Of a DNA stretch of 64,000 nucleotides, positions 8,643 through 20,410 are shown piece after piece (position 1 is the stretch's first letter; every line of letters begins with the position of its first letter). The stretch is from assembly GCA_964613985.1 (NCBI GenBank), contig CAZTJD010000004.1:16666-80665 (forward strand). Direction: 5' to 3'. Below the pieces are notes generated by a model. That model was given only the letters and a program-made list of their open reading frames with translations. It had not been told where the DNA came from and did not search any database. The position numbers were made by a program, and so were the translations under genes. The DNA is from an uncultured Anaerolineales bacterium (lineage in GTDB: Bacteria; Chloroflexota; Anaerolineae; Anaerolineales; UBA11858).

Positions 8643-8835
8643 TCTGTTTCTTGTAGCCTACTTCATTCTGAACCGATCCAGGTTTCTGAAGTGCCAGGAA
8701 ACCAGGTACAATATATCGTATGATAAATAAAAGAAAGCCTGTTTAAAAAAAAACCGAAACTCATTGTCACGAATAACCAGTCACTAGTGACGCTTTGTTA
8801 ATGACTTGTGACATATTACCATTCACCCAGTCTAA

Positions 8836-9927
<1,092 letters not shown>

Positions 9928-10048
9928 GTTCTAGTTACCGGTGATTTGAATCTTTTTTAGCAGACTCACATTACTTGTCACCTAACCGATATCATTTGTA
10001 GAATATTGGACAATCAAAGAAATTACTTATCTATAAAACAAATATCCC

Positions 10049-11269
10049 ATGAAAATCCGATCGATTACTTACTTCACCAATCCCGCTTGGCCTTTGGAAA
10101 AATCAGTCATGCAGGCAGCAGCGGACTTTATCCATAAGGCGCGCCCAGCATTCGAAGATGCTGGATTCGAAGTCCAAACGAATCGCTTGGCAACAACACC
10201 ATTCCCCACCTTGCTTCCCAACTGCCATCCCGATCAAGTGACTGCATTCGCAAAAGCTTTGGAATCTGAAGCAATGGAGATTGGTTATGACTATCTCAGT
10301 ATAGGACCCGCCTTACCTGCAGTGCCAGAGAGTTATAGAGCCATACCTGAAATAATCGCTGGTACGGAGAACACCTTTGCCTCCGCAGTGATGGCTTCCC
10401 ATGAGATCGGTGTTTCTCTTTCTGCAGTCCGGGCTTGTGCAGAGATCATCCACAATCTGGCGCCACAAGATCCTAACGGGTTCGCCAATCTATACTTCAC
10501 CGCCCTGGGGAATGTCGCTCCAGGTGGGCCGTTCTTTCCAGCAGCCTATCACGACGGCACTTCCCCAGCCTTCGCCATTGCTACCGAGGCAGCGGACCTG
10601 GCGGTGACTGCCTTTAATGGGGCAGGTTCTCTCTCTGAAGCTCGCAAAAGGCTTACAACTGCTATCGAAACAGGAGCCAGGAAGATCGTCACGGTTGCTG
10701 ATGAATTAGGCAGCTATTTTAATGTCCGGTTCTCCGGTATTGATTATTCTCTGGCACCTTTCCCTGAAACTGCCTTATCCATGGGTACCGCCATGGAAAG
10801 CCTGGGTGTGGTGAAAGTCGGGCTTCATGGTTCATTGGCTGCCGCGGCCTTCATCGCTGATACGATTGACAAAGCCATTTTTCCTCATACCGGCTTCAGC
10901 GGTATGATGCTGCCCTTGCTCGAAGATGCTACTTTATCGGCACGCGCAGCCCAGGGTACCCTGTCTGTTAAGGACCTGCTGCTTTTTGCCACCGTTTGTG
11001 GTACCGGATTGGATACAGTACCTCTGCCCGGTGAGGTCTCCGTTGAAGCCCTCACCGCTCTGTTAATTGACCTGGCTGCTCTCTCGATGCGGTTGGACAA
11101 ACCCCTTACCGCCCGGTTAATGCCCATCCCTGGCAAAAAGGCTGGCGACCCAACCGATTTCGATTTCTCATACTTCGCTAACAGCTCAATTATGGCTTTG
11201 GATGCTGAGCCTTTAACGGGTTTTTTGGGTGGCGAGGAGAGTCTCGAACTTGAGTCGAGAAAGGGGTGA
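10049..11269 (+). CDS. DUF711 (UPF0210) family protein
   Basis: The MKIRSITYF N-terminus is characteristic of UPF0210/DUF711. Length is about 400 aa. Confidence 0.7.
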   Translation: MKIRSITYFTNPAWPLEKSVMQAAADFIHKARPAFEDAGFEVQTNRLATTPFPTLLPNCHPDQVTAFAKALESEAMEIGYDYLSIGPALPAVPESYRAIPEIIAGTENTFASAVMASHEIGVSLSAVRACAEIIHNLAPQDPNGFANLYFTALGNVAPGGPFFPAAYHDGTSPAFAIATEAADLAVTAFNGAGSLSEARKRLTTAIETGARKIVTVADELGSYFNVRFSGIDYSLAPFPETALSMGTAMESLGVVKVGLHGSLAAAAFIADTIDKAIFPHTGFSGMMLPLLEDATLSARAAQGTLSVKDLLLFATVCGTGLDTVPLPGEVSVEALTALLIDLAALSMRLDKPLTARLMPIPGKKAGDPTDFDFSYFANSSIMALDAEPLTGFLGGEESLELESRKG

Positions 11270-11326
11270 GCAGGGATTAAGAGTTGATGTGTTGCTGTAA
11301 AGAAAATTGGATTTCCACCAAAATTA

Positions 11327-11916
11327 TCAGTTGACTTTCTTGTTCACTAACCAGTATGCTCTACCTCCCCCTTCCCGCACCATCAGCTTGTATTCCACGA
11401 GTCCCCGCCGCAAAGATGCAACGTCGTCTGAAAATCGCGATAGGATTTCGTTGCCTCATGCTCACTGTAGCACTGCTCCGCTTCGAAATCCCGCGCTACA
11501 TAACGCAGGACCGCCTCAAACTTCTTCTGCTGGGCTGGGAACCGTCGGATTCGTCCTTCTTTATCGCAGAAGATGTTAATCACCTTGCGGTCGTAAGCGT
11601 CCATGTCCACATCAGCAGTAACCGCAGGAAGTGTCTTCCGCTCTAGCAATCGTTGCGAAATCTCTTCCAATACCTTAGTCTCCAGGTGGTAAACATTGTA
11701 ATAACTCTCCGAGCGCGCTGCCACCAAACCCGCCTTAGACAACCTGGATAGATGATGGGAAACCGTTTAGGGACGTAAGTTCAACATCTCAGCCAACTGC
11801 TCTACTGTGAATTCGTCCTGAGCCAGCAATCCGATAATTTTCAAGTGGTTAATGTCTAATAAAGCCTTAAAAAAGTCTGCAAACTCATTCAAATGCTCAT
11901 TCATTTCTATATCCAT
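11327..11916 (-). pseudogene. ArsR-type HTH plus DUF2087 regulator, disrupted by an in-frame TAA and a 1-nt frameshift
   Basis: Minus strand reads MDIEMNEHLNEFADFFKALLDINHLKIIGLL...LNLRP-TAA-TVSHHLSRLSKAGLV, with the stop at 11767-11769. The canonical DUF2087 C-terminus NEILSRFSDDVASLRRGLVEYKLMVREGGGRAYW is readable only after a frame shift near 11452-11455. Confidence 0.7.
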
Positions 11917-11920
11917 GGTT

Positions 11921-11944
11921 TTATTTCGACAATTATCGAAATAA
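11921..11944. promoter_or_regulatory. Perfect inverted repeat, candidate ArsR-type operator
   Basis: TTATTTCGA-caatta-TCGAAATAA lies immediately upstream of the disrupted ArsR-like gene. Confidence 0.45.
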
Positions 11945-12197
11945 TTATAGGTGAATAAAAAAATGTCAAGATATCATTCTTAACATAAATTTACAAAACC
12001 CATTTCACAAAGGGGGAGAGAAAACGGGCTTATTATCCATGAACTTTGTAACTAAAGATGATCTTAGCTGGTCTATTTACTTGTGCTCGATATCAGTTTA
12101 GACAGTGGCGTCTCATTCGGTGGTTTTCCGCATCCCAGTATACTAACTCTAATATGACTCTGATGCCTCCTAATCAAGAATATGGGATAATTAATCC

Positions 12198-12548
12198 ATG
12201 TACAAACTCATTATCCTCATTGAGACTCCACATGATATCCAAACCTTTGAAGAATCCTGGCCCCTTTTCTTACGAGAAGCAGAGAAGATACCTGGACTAC
12301 AGCGTGAAGCTGCAATTCAGGTGGTCGATACCCTCTTTGGAGAAAGCCAAATTTATAAAATCCATGAACTTTTCTTCGATACCAAGAGAAATCTTCAGAA
12401 TGGGATGGCATCTCCCTCCGGTCAAGCCAGTGGTCGAATCCTACAGCAGATAACCGCTGGAAAAATGACTCTCCTCATCGCAGGACACAGAGAAGACAGC
12501 ATCGAAAACCTACGCAAATATCATGAAGCAAATTCTAACTCCAGCTGA
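12198..12548 (+). CDS. EthD-family (TIGR02118-like) protein
   Basis: 116-aa ORF. MYKLIILIETPHD...FEESWPLFL...LFFDT is the pattern of small EthD/dimeric alpha-beta-barrel proteins. Confidence 0.55.
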   Translation: MYKLIILIETPHDIQTFEESWPLFLREAEKIPGLQREAAIQVVDTLFGESQIYKIHELFFDTKRNLQNGMASPSGQASGRILQQITAGKMTLLIAGHREDSIENLRKYHEANSNSS

Positions 12549-13008
12549 CCTTCAAGCCTTCATGGAAGCCAATGGCATTCCTGGTGAAATTATTTACGTT
12601 AATACCCCAACCCCAACGGTGGAATCTGCCGCCCAGGCGGTAGGCACCCAACCATCTCAGATCGTAAAATCGGTTTTATTCATGATCAGGGAAGAATTTG
12701 TCCTTGCCATCGCGACAGGCACCCTCCTGATCAAGCGGCGGTCTATTGCGGCACACTTTGAGGTCGGTAGGAAACAGGTCAAGCTAGCCTCTCCCGAAAT
12801 GGTTCTATCGGTTACTGGCTATCCAATTGGAACTGTTCCTCCTTTTGGACATCGTTCTCGACTTTCCACTTTTATTGACCAAGACCTTTTTAAATGGGAA
12901 GTCATTTACGCAGGTGGTGGTGCCCATAACGCCCTTGTGCGCCTTAACCCTGATGACATCCTGCTAATTAGTGGAGGCCAGGTTCTGGATTTACACAGTT
13001 TGCCTTAA
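12523..13008 (+). CDS. YbaK/aminoacyl-tRNA editing domain protein
   Basis: The pattern IVKSVLF...ATGTLLIKRRSIA...GYPIGTVPPFG matches the YbaK/ProX deacylase family. Confidence 0.75.
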   Translation: MKQILTPADLQAFMEANGIPGEIIYVNTPTPTVESAAQAVGTQPSQIVKSVLFMIREEFVLAIATGTLLIKRRSIAAHFEVGRKQVKLASPEMVLSVTGYPIGTVPPFGHRSRLSTFIDQDLFKWEVIYAGGGAHNALVRLNPDDILLISGGQVLDLHSLP

Positions 13009-13129
13009 GTCTGAAATATCACCAAGAGAAATGGTCTACTAAAACAAGCATAAGGAAAAAACTCTTCATCTTCTGAATCAAGATCACCTGCTCTCTGTAC
13101 CACTTTTTATTAAAACAGGTAGATAGTAT

Positions 13130-14152
13130 ATGGCTGAAACAAAATCGGAAAAGTTCACCGAAATACAGCTCAAGACCCAAACCCATAAGCCAGAAACCAG
13201 GGTGGAGTCGTTGCGCGCTATCATAAAGAACCTGGAAAAACAAATCAGCGGGCTATCTGAAATTTCACCTGATGACGCCCTTGAGATCCCACGATTGTTC
13301 GATGAAGCTGATGATCTTCTGAATGATTTACAGTCGCGCGGTACCAACCTGTCTAGTGAATTAAGTCAGGTCAAAACGCTCTTCGCCCAGTTTAATAAGG
13401 TCATGAGAGACTTCATCCGCAAAATCGGTGGTCCCCAAAAGATGGTAAAAGCTCGTGAGGAGATGAAACCCTCAGAAGACCGATGGTGGTGGTTTGTCGA
13501 TAACAGCCTCGCAGAAGACAACAAGCGAAAGACAATTCATCTATTGCGAAACTTTGGATTGATGGTTGTCCTGCTGCTGATTGCTGCGCTAGTATATAAC
13601 CAGTTCTTCGCTCCTGACCCAGCCATTCAATCTAGCTATGGTCACCATCAAGAAGCAGAAAACGCCCTGATCGAAGGGGATTTGCAACTTGCTTTGCAAG
13701 AAGTACAAAGCGCAATAACCTACACACCGAAAGAACCTGACCTTTTTGTCTTACAAGGTATCATTCTTGAAACGCTCGGACAGGAAAATGAGGCTCGGGT
13801 TAGCTATGATACCGCCCACTCTCTTTATGAACAACCTGAGCATTTTTACAACCAGCGCACTATCCTTTACCTAATGCTCGATGAACCGCAATTGGCTCTA
13901 GAAGATTGTCAGAAAGCCATTGAGATCAACCCTGATTCTGCTATCTCCTATCTTTACCAGGGACAGGCATACGAAAAGCTAGGAGATATTGAAAACGCCA
14001 TACAGAATTATGAAAAAGCGGACGAATTAGCACGACAGACAGACAATCCCCAGCTTCAAGCCTTCATCCGCATTAACCTAACTAATACTTACCAAAGCAT
14101 TTTCCTCCCTACTTTTGAGGTAGACGAACCTGACGGGGCAGAAGCACCCTGA
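13130..14152 (+). CDS. TPR-repeat membrane protein
   Basis: A central transmembrane helix (LMVVLLLIAALVY) is followed by TPR-like repeats (AIEINPDSAISYLYQGQAYEKLGDIENAIQNYEKA). Confidence 0.65.
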   Translation: MAETKSEKFTEIQLKTQTHKPETRVESLRAIIKNLEKQISGLSEISPDDALEIPRLFDEADDLLNDLQSRGTNLSSELSQVKTLFAQFNKVMRDFIRKIGGPQKMVKAREEMKPSEDRWWWFVDNSLAEDNKRKTIHLLRNFGLMVVLLLIAALVYNQFFAPDPAIQSSYGHHQEAENALIEGDLQLALQEVQSAITYTPKEPDLFVLQGIILETLGQENEARVSYDTAHSLYEQPEHFYNQRTILYLMLDEPQLALEDCQKAIEINPDSAISYLYQGQAYEKLGDIENAIQNYEKADELARQTDNPQLQAFIRINLTNTYQSIFLPTFEVDEPDGAEAP

Positions 14153-14221
14153 TAGGATCTTCAAAGCCACAAGTGTATGTAACCTAAAATACAAGTTTCT
14201 AGCTTTCAGTAAACAGGACCA

Positions 14222-14953
14222 ATGTATATCGTAAGATCGAAAAAACAACCCAACCAGGGCCTGATAATTATCCTTTCTATCCTGTTCATCCTCTTGATTG
14301 TGGTAGGATATTTCGGTTACCGCTGGTTTACTCACAGTGGTAGTAGAACCAGACGAGTCGGTGTATGGATCCGGAACCCAACCTCCCACCCAGAATGGGC
14401 AGTATCTGCCGGTGAACGCTGCGGTGAGGCACCTTTTATTATTCCAACTTCGGGTTTAATTGGGTTCCTGTGGGATGATTCTTTCCGTCCTGGTCATCAC
14501 CACCAGGGGATCGATATCTTCGGCGGCGAGGAACCAGGCCTGACCCCAGTCTATGCTGCTTACACTGGTTTTCTCACCCGCTTACCAGATTGGAAATCAT
14601 CTCTCATCATACGTATACCCAACGATCCCCTCCAACCTTCACGGCAGATATGGACTTATTACACCCACCTGGCGAGTAAATCAGGGGAATCCTTCATCAA
14701 CTCTGATTTTCCCCCAGGCACATCAGAAATTTTTATCGAATCAGGTGCCTTGCTTGGGTACCAGGGAAACTACTCCGGTGACCCAAACAATCCCACGGGG
14801 GTCCACCTCCATTTTTCGATCGTAAAAGACGATGGAAATGGTTCCTTCTTGAACGAATTGAAAATTAAGAATACAATAGACCCATCCCCTTATTTTGGGT
14901 TGGTACTGAATGCGCATGAAAATTCAGACGAAGTTCCGATATGTAAAGATTAG
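14222..14953 (+). CDS. M23-family metallopeptidase, membrane-anchored
   Basis: N-terminal transmembrane helix, then HHQGIDIF (HxxxD) and GVHLHFSI (HxH) motifs. Confidence 0.8.
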   Translation: MYIVRSKKQPNQGLIIILSILFILLIVVGYFGYRWFTHSGSRTRRVGVWIRNPTSHPEWAVSAGERCGEAPFIIPTSGLIGFLWDDSFRPGHHHQGIDIFGGEEPGLTPVYAAYTGFLTRLPDWKSSLIIRIPNDPLQPSRQIWTYYTHLASKSGESFINSDFPPGTSEIFIESGALLGYQGNYSGDPNNPTGVHLHFSIVKDDGNGSFLNELKIKNTIDPSPYFGLVLNAHENSDEVPICKD

Positions 14954-14964
14954 GAGGAACAACC

Positions 14965-15750
14965 ATGGTTTCTGAAACTGAATATTCGGTTATACGCATA
15001 GAAATGAAGAGACGGGTTGGTTTCATCCAATTAAACCGACCCAAGGCACTAAACGCCTTGAATCAAACCATGCTCATGGAAGTAATGGAAGCCCTGGAAT
15101 CTTTTGATGCAAATAAAGAGGTTGGAGCCATGGTTATTACCGGGGGAGACAAAGCTTTCGCTGCTGGAGCAGACATCACCGAAATGGCTGGAGCATCGGC
15201 AGTTGAAATGTTCCAAAGCAAATTTATCCCCCAGTTTGACCGCATCCGCCACATTCGAAAGCCCATTGTCGCCGGTGTATCCGGTTGGTGCCTGGGTGGT
15301 GGGAACGAATTAGCCATGGCTTGTGATCTCATCGTCGCTTCCGAGACTGCAAAATTTGGTCAGCCAGAGATCAACCTGGGTGTAATACCTGGGGCAGGTG
15401 GCACACAGCGTTTGACCCGGGTGGTTGGCAAAGCAATTGCCATGGAGATGGTGCTCAATAACCGCACCCTGAATGCCCAAGAAGCCTTGAAATATGGCCT
15501 GGTGAATTATGTGCTACCCCTTGATTCATATCTCGAAAAGACTTTATCCCTGGCAGAAGAAATCGGTTCCCGTGCCCCATTGGCGGTTCAAATCGGAAAA
15601 GCGACCGTAAACCTGGCACATGAAACAGCTTTGTCCAAGGGGTTGGCGGATGAACGCCAGGCATTCAACTTCCTCTTTGCTACCGGTGATCAAAAAGAAG
15701 GGATGTCCGCTTTCATCGAGAAGCGTACTCCAGCCTGGAAAGGGAAATAG
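14965..15750 (+). CDS. Enoyl-CoA hydratase (crotonase family)
   Basis: LNRPKALNAL, GGDKAFAAGADI, GGGNELAMACD and EINLGVIPGAGGTQRL are crotonase signatures. Confidence 0.9.
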   Translation: MVSETEYSVIRIEMKRRVGFIQLNRPKALNALNQTMLMEVMEALESFDANKEVGAMVITGGDKAFAAGADITEMAGASAVEMFQSKFIPQFDRIRHIRKPIVAGVSGWCLGGGNELAMACDLIVASETAKFGQPEINLGVIPGAGGTQRLTRVVGKAIAMEMVLNNRTLNAQEALKYGLVNYVLPLDSYLEKTLSLAEEIGSRAPLAVQIGKATVNLAHETALSKGLADERQAFNFLFATGDQKEGMSAFIEKRTPAWKGK

Positions 15751-15855
15751 TCAAGCTGGTCTCATAGCGATAAATGGATACCTACTTCATTGTTCCTACT
15801 CCTGGATATTCTTTAGTGGGTATTACTGGAACCGATAGGAATTCTCTCACCCGCC

Positions 15856-16677
15856 ATGGTTTCTTTCCGAGATATCATCACTTCCTTCCGAAAACTTGAT
15901 CTGGATCAAGCTCCCATCATCGCTCATGCCTCTCTCTCAGCTTTTGGTCAGGTGCAGGGAGGCGCAGATACGGTTGTTGGTGCTTTGTTGGCTTCATTTT
16001 CTGGAGTGGTCATGCCGACTTTCACTTACAAAACCATGATAACCCCTGAGGTCGGACCGCCAGATAATGGAATCACTTACGGCACAGGGTCGCAAACCAA
16101 TAGGTCGGCGGAATTCTTTCGACTTAACATGCCAGCAGATCCTCTCATGGGCATCGTAGCTGAGACTTTACGCCAGCACCCCGACGCGATCCGTTCCAAC
16201 CATCCGATCTATTCATTTTCTGGTGTGAACGCAGATTTCGCGATCAAATCCCAGAGCCTTCAGAATCCTTTTGCACCCATTGAAGCCTTAACTGCTGCAT
16301 CAGGCTGGGTATTGTTAATGGGTGTCGACCATACTTCCAATACCAGTATTCACTTCGCTGAACAGGAAGCGGGACGTAGGCAGTTTATCCGTTGGGCTCT
16401 AACCCCTCAAGGGATAATTAGCTGCCCTCGTTGGCCGAGCTGTTCATACGGATTCAATCAAATCTTTCCAAGGTTAAAAGATGTAACCAGACGTGTACAT
16501 ATCGGTAACGCCATGGTCCAAGCCTGTCCATTGGTAGACCTCGTAGAAACCGTAATAGAAATGATCAACCAAGACTCATTGGCATTGTTATGCACAAATA
16601 TCTCCTGTGAAAGGTGTAACGCGGTCCGTATGGATGTCAAAAACCAGATCAATAAAAAGAGAAATCCTGATTTTTGA
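15856..16677 (+). CDS. AAC(3)-family aminoglycoside N-acetyltransferase homologue
   Basis: IIAHASLSAFG...VMPTFTY...HTSNTSIHFAE matches the Antibiotic_NAT family pattern. Confidence 0.7.
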   Translation: MVSFRDIITSFRKLDLDQAPIIAHASLSAFGQVQGGADTVVGALLASFSGVVMPTFTYKTMITPEVGPPDNGITYGTGSQTNRSAEFFRLNMPADPLMGIVAETLRQHPDAIRSNHPIYSFSGVNADFAIKSQSLQNPFAPIEALTAASGWVLLMGVDHTSNTSIHFAEQEAGRRQFIRWALTPQGIISCPRWPSCSYGFNQIFPRLKDVTRRVHIGNAMVQACPLVDLVETVIEMINQDSLALLCTNISCERCNAVRMDVKNQINKKRNPDF

Positions 16678-16988
16678 GCAGATAATGGTCCATAACCAGG
16701 TAGATTAGACGTCTCTCCATCCCATTTTGATCACGACTCACATATGATGAAATTGAAGGATAAGGATACCCGCCGAACAAATTCCTCAACAGCATTATGG
16801 ATATCTGGCAGAGGCCACCCTCTCATTGCTTGAAGACGATTTTCATGCCCATCTCATCCCTTTTTTAGAAATTATTTCATATAAATTTCTAACGCCTAAA
16901 ACAGGACTTGTTGGGCTTGCCAATGATATAATCAAGTTGGCAGGCTTAAAACTGGTATGCATATTGAAGGAAGAGCGAAGATCAAGAC

Positions 16989-17061
16989 AATCGATAAGTC
17001 ATGGACAATTAAAATTTTTCTTATCGATTGGATTAAGACAATATCCTGCCATGATCGATAA
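16989..17061 (+). promoter_or_regulatory. Three copies of an ATCGATAA-type motif in the clpC 5' leader
   Basis: AATCGATAAG (16989-16998), its perfect complement CTTATCGATT (17020-17029) and ATCGATAA (17054-17061). A TGaTATAAT extended -10-like element lies about 60 nt upstream. Confidence 0.3.
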
Positions 17062-17106
17062 TTTTCCCCGAAGACGCATGCAATTGTATGATAAAGGAAT
17101 AGAAAG

Positions 17107-19590
17107 ATGATGCGATTTGATCGCTTTACTGAAAGAGCCCAGGAGGCTGCCCAACGTGCTGCGGAAATAATCCAGCGCTATGGACACAATCAAATTGACT
17201 CTGAGCATATCCTCCTTGCCCTGATTGAACAGCCTCAGGGTGTTATCTCTCAATTATTAGAAACTCTCAAGGTAGATGTTGATGCCTTGACAGACCGCCT
17301 GGACTATGTGCTCCGCACCAGTCCCAAGGCAAATATCTTTGGGGGTGGCGCAGGACAGATCTTTATTACACCGAGGGTTAAACGGATTGTTGACCTGGCT
17401 AACCAGGAGGCTAACCGGCTAAAAGACGAATATATTTCCACGGAACACCTCTTCTTGGCGATCTTGAGTGAACGGAATACACCGGCAACTCGATTGCTCG
17501 AAGGAGCTGGGGTGAACAAAGACCGAGTCTACGAAGCCATCCAACAACTTCGAGGGGGTCAGCGGGTCACTGATCCACAAGCCGAATCGCGATACCGCGT
17601 TTTGGAAAAATACTCGCACGACCTGACCACGATGGCTCGAGAGGGCAAACTAGATCCTGTGATCGGTCGTGATGTCGAGATTTTACGACTGATTCAGATC
17701 CTCTCCCGACGCACAAAGAACAATCCTGTGCTGATTGGCGAAGCAGGCGTAGGTAAAACTGCGATCGTCGAGGGATTGGCCCAAAAAATCGCCACCAATG
17801 ATGTACCCGAAATTCTATCCGGGAAGAAAGTGGTCTCGCTTGATTTAGGTGCAATGATCGCCGGCTCCCGGTTTCGAGGCGAATTTGAGGAACGCTTGAA
17901 AGCTGCTATTGAAGATATCCAGCGTGCTGAGGGTGAGATCATCCTCTTTATTGATGAACTCCATACCGTGGTTGGTGCTGGTGCAGCCCAAGGTGCCCTG
18001 GATGCATCCAATATGCTCAAACCTGCCCTTGCTCGTGGGGAGTTACAGTGCGTAGGTGCTACAACACTTGATGAATACCACAAACATATAGAAAAAGATT
18101 CTGCCTTGGAACGCCGTTTTGCACCAATCTTCGTTGAAGAACCGAACATCGACGATACAATAAAAATGCTTATGGGGCTGCGAGATCGCTATGAAGCTCA
18201 TCATAAGGTGAGTTTTTCTAAAGACGCCTTGATCGCCGCGGCTCATCTCTCCGATCGTTATGTCTCCGATCGACATCTTCCCGATAAGGCTATCGACCTG
18301 ATGGATGAGGCTGCTGCCAAACTGCGGGTTGCGCTGTACTCCCTGCCGCAAGACCTCAAAGACATGAAATCCGAAATCGACCGTCTGACAGCAGAAGAAG
18401 AACAGGCTGGTCTAGAGCGGGATTACGAACGAGCTGCCGAGAAAAAATCCGAGCGCATCCGAATGGAAGAAGAATTTAAAGCCAAACGTGATGAGTGGGA
18501 ATCCGAACACGAGTTGGACGAGGTTGTCGATGAAGACGATGTGGCTGAGGTAGTCGCCCAGTGGACTGGCATCCCGGTAAGCCAGATGTTGGAAACTGAG
18601 GCAGATAAACTGCTACATATGGAAGACCGATTACATGAACGGATCATTGGTCAACATGAAGCCATTGTCGCTATCTCAGATGCTATTCGAAGAGCGCGTT
18701 CCGGATTAAAAGATCCTCGCAAGCCAATCGGTTCATTTATCTTTATTGGTCCATCAGGTGTAGGTAAGACTGAATTAGCAAAAGCCCTGGCTGAATTCAT
18801 GTTTGACGATGAAGATGCCCTGGTCAGGATTGATATGAGTGAATATCGGGAACAGCATACTGTCTCACGACTCTTTGGTGCCCCACCAGGATATGTGGGT
18901 TATGAGGAAGGTGGGCAGCTTACTGAGTCTGTCCGGCGCAGACCTTACCGTGTCATCCTCTTCGATGAGATCGAAAAAGCACATCCAGAAGTTTGGAACG
19001 CTTTGCTTCAAATCTTGGATGACGGCCGGCTAACCGATGGTCAGGGACATATTGTTGATTTCCGTAATACCGTACTGATAATGACCAGTAACCTGGGCAC
19101 TAAGTTCATCAGCAAATCAGGTCCTATCGGCTACAATTTGCCTAATGTTGAAGCAGAAGACCGTGAAGCCCAGCGAAATATAGAAAGAGAACTCAAAAAG
19201 ACCTTCCGTCCTGAATTCATCAACCGCATCGACGAGATCATTACTTTCTCACCACTCTCCATTGAAGATATGATAAACATTGTTGACTTGCAGATGTTGG
19301 AAGTGCGAGAACGTCTGGCTGAACACGGGCTGAAGGTGGAGATCACCGACGCTGCCCGAACCTGGTTGGCAGAAATTGGCTTCGATCCCGACTTTGGTGC
19401 TCGCCCTCTACAGCGTGCCATTCAGAAACACCTGGAAAGCCCTCTGTCCCTAAAGTTGTTAGGTGGTGATTTTTCCGATGGAGATACGGTCACTGTGGAT
19501 GTCAATGAAGACGACAACGAACTCACATTTATTGCCACAGATGGTAAGAAGAAACAAATCGTTTCAGAAAAGGTCGAAGTAGAAGCTTAA
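17107..19590 (+). CDS. clpC: ATP-dependent Clp protease ATP-binding subunit ClpC-type (class I AAA+)
   Basis: Double Clp_N repeat and two AAA+ modules ([16 protein letters not shown]). The short UVR-like middle domain of about 70 aa argues for ClpC rather than ClpB. Confidence 0.9.
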   Translation: MMRFDRFTERAQEAAQRAAEIIQRYGHNQIDSEHILLALIEQPQGVISQLLETLKVDVDALTDRLDYVLRTSPKANIFGGGAGQIFITPRVKRIVDLANQEANRLKDEYISTEHLFLAILSERNTPATRLLEGAGVNKDRVYEAIQQLRGGQRVTDPQAESRYRVLEKYSHDLTTMAREGKLDPVIGRDVEILRLIQILSRRTKNNPVLIGEAGVGKTAIVEGLAQKIATNDVPEILSGKKVVSLDLGAMIAGSRFRGEFEERLKAAIEDIQRAEGEIILFIDELHTVVGAGAAQGALDASNMLKPALARGELQCVGATTLDEYHKHIEKDSALERRFAPIFVEEPNIDDTIKMLMGLRDRYEAHHKVSFSKDALIAAAHLSDRYVSDRHLPDKAIDLMDEAAAKLRVALYSLPQDLKDMKSEIDRLTAEEEQAGLERDYERAAEKKSERIRMEEEFKAKRDEWESEHELDEVVDEDDVAEVVAQWTGIPVSQMLETEADKLLHMEDRLHERIIGQHEAIVAISDAIRRARSGLKDPRKPIGSFIFIGPSGVGKTELAKALAEFMFDDEDALVRIDMSEYREQHTVSRLFGAPPGYVGYEEGGQLTESVRRRPYRVILFDEIEKAHPEVWNALLQILDDGRLTDGQGHIVDFRNTVLIMTSNLGTKFISKSGPIGYNLPNVEAEDREAQRNIERELKKTFRPEFINRIDEIITFSPLSIEDMINIVDLQMLEVRERLAEHGLKVEITDAARTWLAEIGFDPDFGARPLQRAIQKHLESPLSLKLLGGDFSDGDTVTVDVNEDDNELTFIATDGKKKQIVSEKVEVEA

Positions 19591-19612
19591 AGTAAACAAA
19601 CATAGAACACGA

Positions 19613-19646
19613 AACTCCCGGCAGTAAACAGCCGGGAGTTTTTTCA
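19613..19646 (+). terminator. Rho-independent terminator of clpC
   Basis: ACTCCCGGC-agtaaaca-GCCGGGAGT followed by TTTTTT. Confidence 0.85.
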
Positions 19647-19882
19647 TCTCCAAGGGGTCATCTCTAAATATCAATCATCCGATTCTATTTATTAGAACAA
19701 ATATTGGGCAATACGATTCAGTTCTGAACCTTTCTGAATCTTTTTCTATCTTCCTCTCTATCAAAAATATTCGTCATTACTCTACAGGACAAATGTCAAC
19801 ACAAAGAGGAGATTTGCCACTAGCGAACAGCACCTTGTTCAGATAAATTAATACCAATTCAAGTTCAGGCGAAGCAGTCGAA

Positions 19883-20407
19883 TTGACCAAACACAACCGC
19901 CAAACAGCAGATCTTCTTATGTTAACACAAATAATGAGCCGGCTTTCCATTTTTTCAGATCTGACCCAAGATCAGTTATTTTTGTTAACATCCATTTTCT
20001 CACTAACCAATTGTAGAGAAGAACAGGTCATATTTGTACAAGGGGCACCTGCAGACTATCTCTACATCATTATCAGTGGCATGGTTGCCATCCGGTTTAA
20101 ACCAGATGATGGCGAACCCATCACGGTTGCTCGTATCCAGGATGGTGGTGTTTTTGGTTGGTCTGCTGCATTTGGAAGTGGCAGGTATACTTCCGGAGCG
20201 GTTTGCCTGGAGGAGACCTGCATGTTGATAGTGCCAGGAGAAGACTTAAAAAAGTTCCGCCAAAACCATCCAGAAACAGGTATACTTATCCTCAAACGCC
20301 TTGCGGCTGTCGTTGCCGAGCGCTTTAAAAGTTCAGCGATGCATGAACAGGTAGTTGCTTTGTTAGAACATGCTCTTACGAACGGTGTGAAACCTATTGG
20401 AGGTTGA
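19883..20407 (+). CDS. Stand-alone cyclic-nucleotide-binding domain protein
   Basis: cNMP-binding fold pattern (FSDLTQDQL...GAPADYLYIIISG...FGWSA) with no HTH or other output domain. An alternative ATG start lies at 19919. Confidence 0.7.
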   Translation: MTKHNRQTADLLMLTQIMSRLSIFSDLTQDQLFLLTSIFSLTNCREEQVIFVQGAPADYLYIIISGMVAIRFKPDDGEPITVARIQDGGVFGWSAAFGSGRYTSGAVCLEETCMLIVPGEDLKKFRQNHPETGILILKRLAAVVAERFKSSAMHEQVVALLEHALTNGVKPIGG

Positions 20408-20410
20408 GAG

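Noticed and set aside
12058-12453. 131-aa ORF overlapping the EthD-like gene in another frame
   Set aside because: The EthD-like frame has a recognisable family pattern. The overlapping frame has an atypical composition and no motif.
17107-19590. ClpB annotation for the 827-aa AAA+ protein
   Set aside because: The middle domain between the two AAA+ modules is only about 70 aa and has a UVR-like motif. ClpB has a much longer coiled coil, so I called it ClpC-type.
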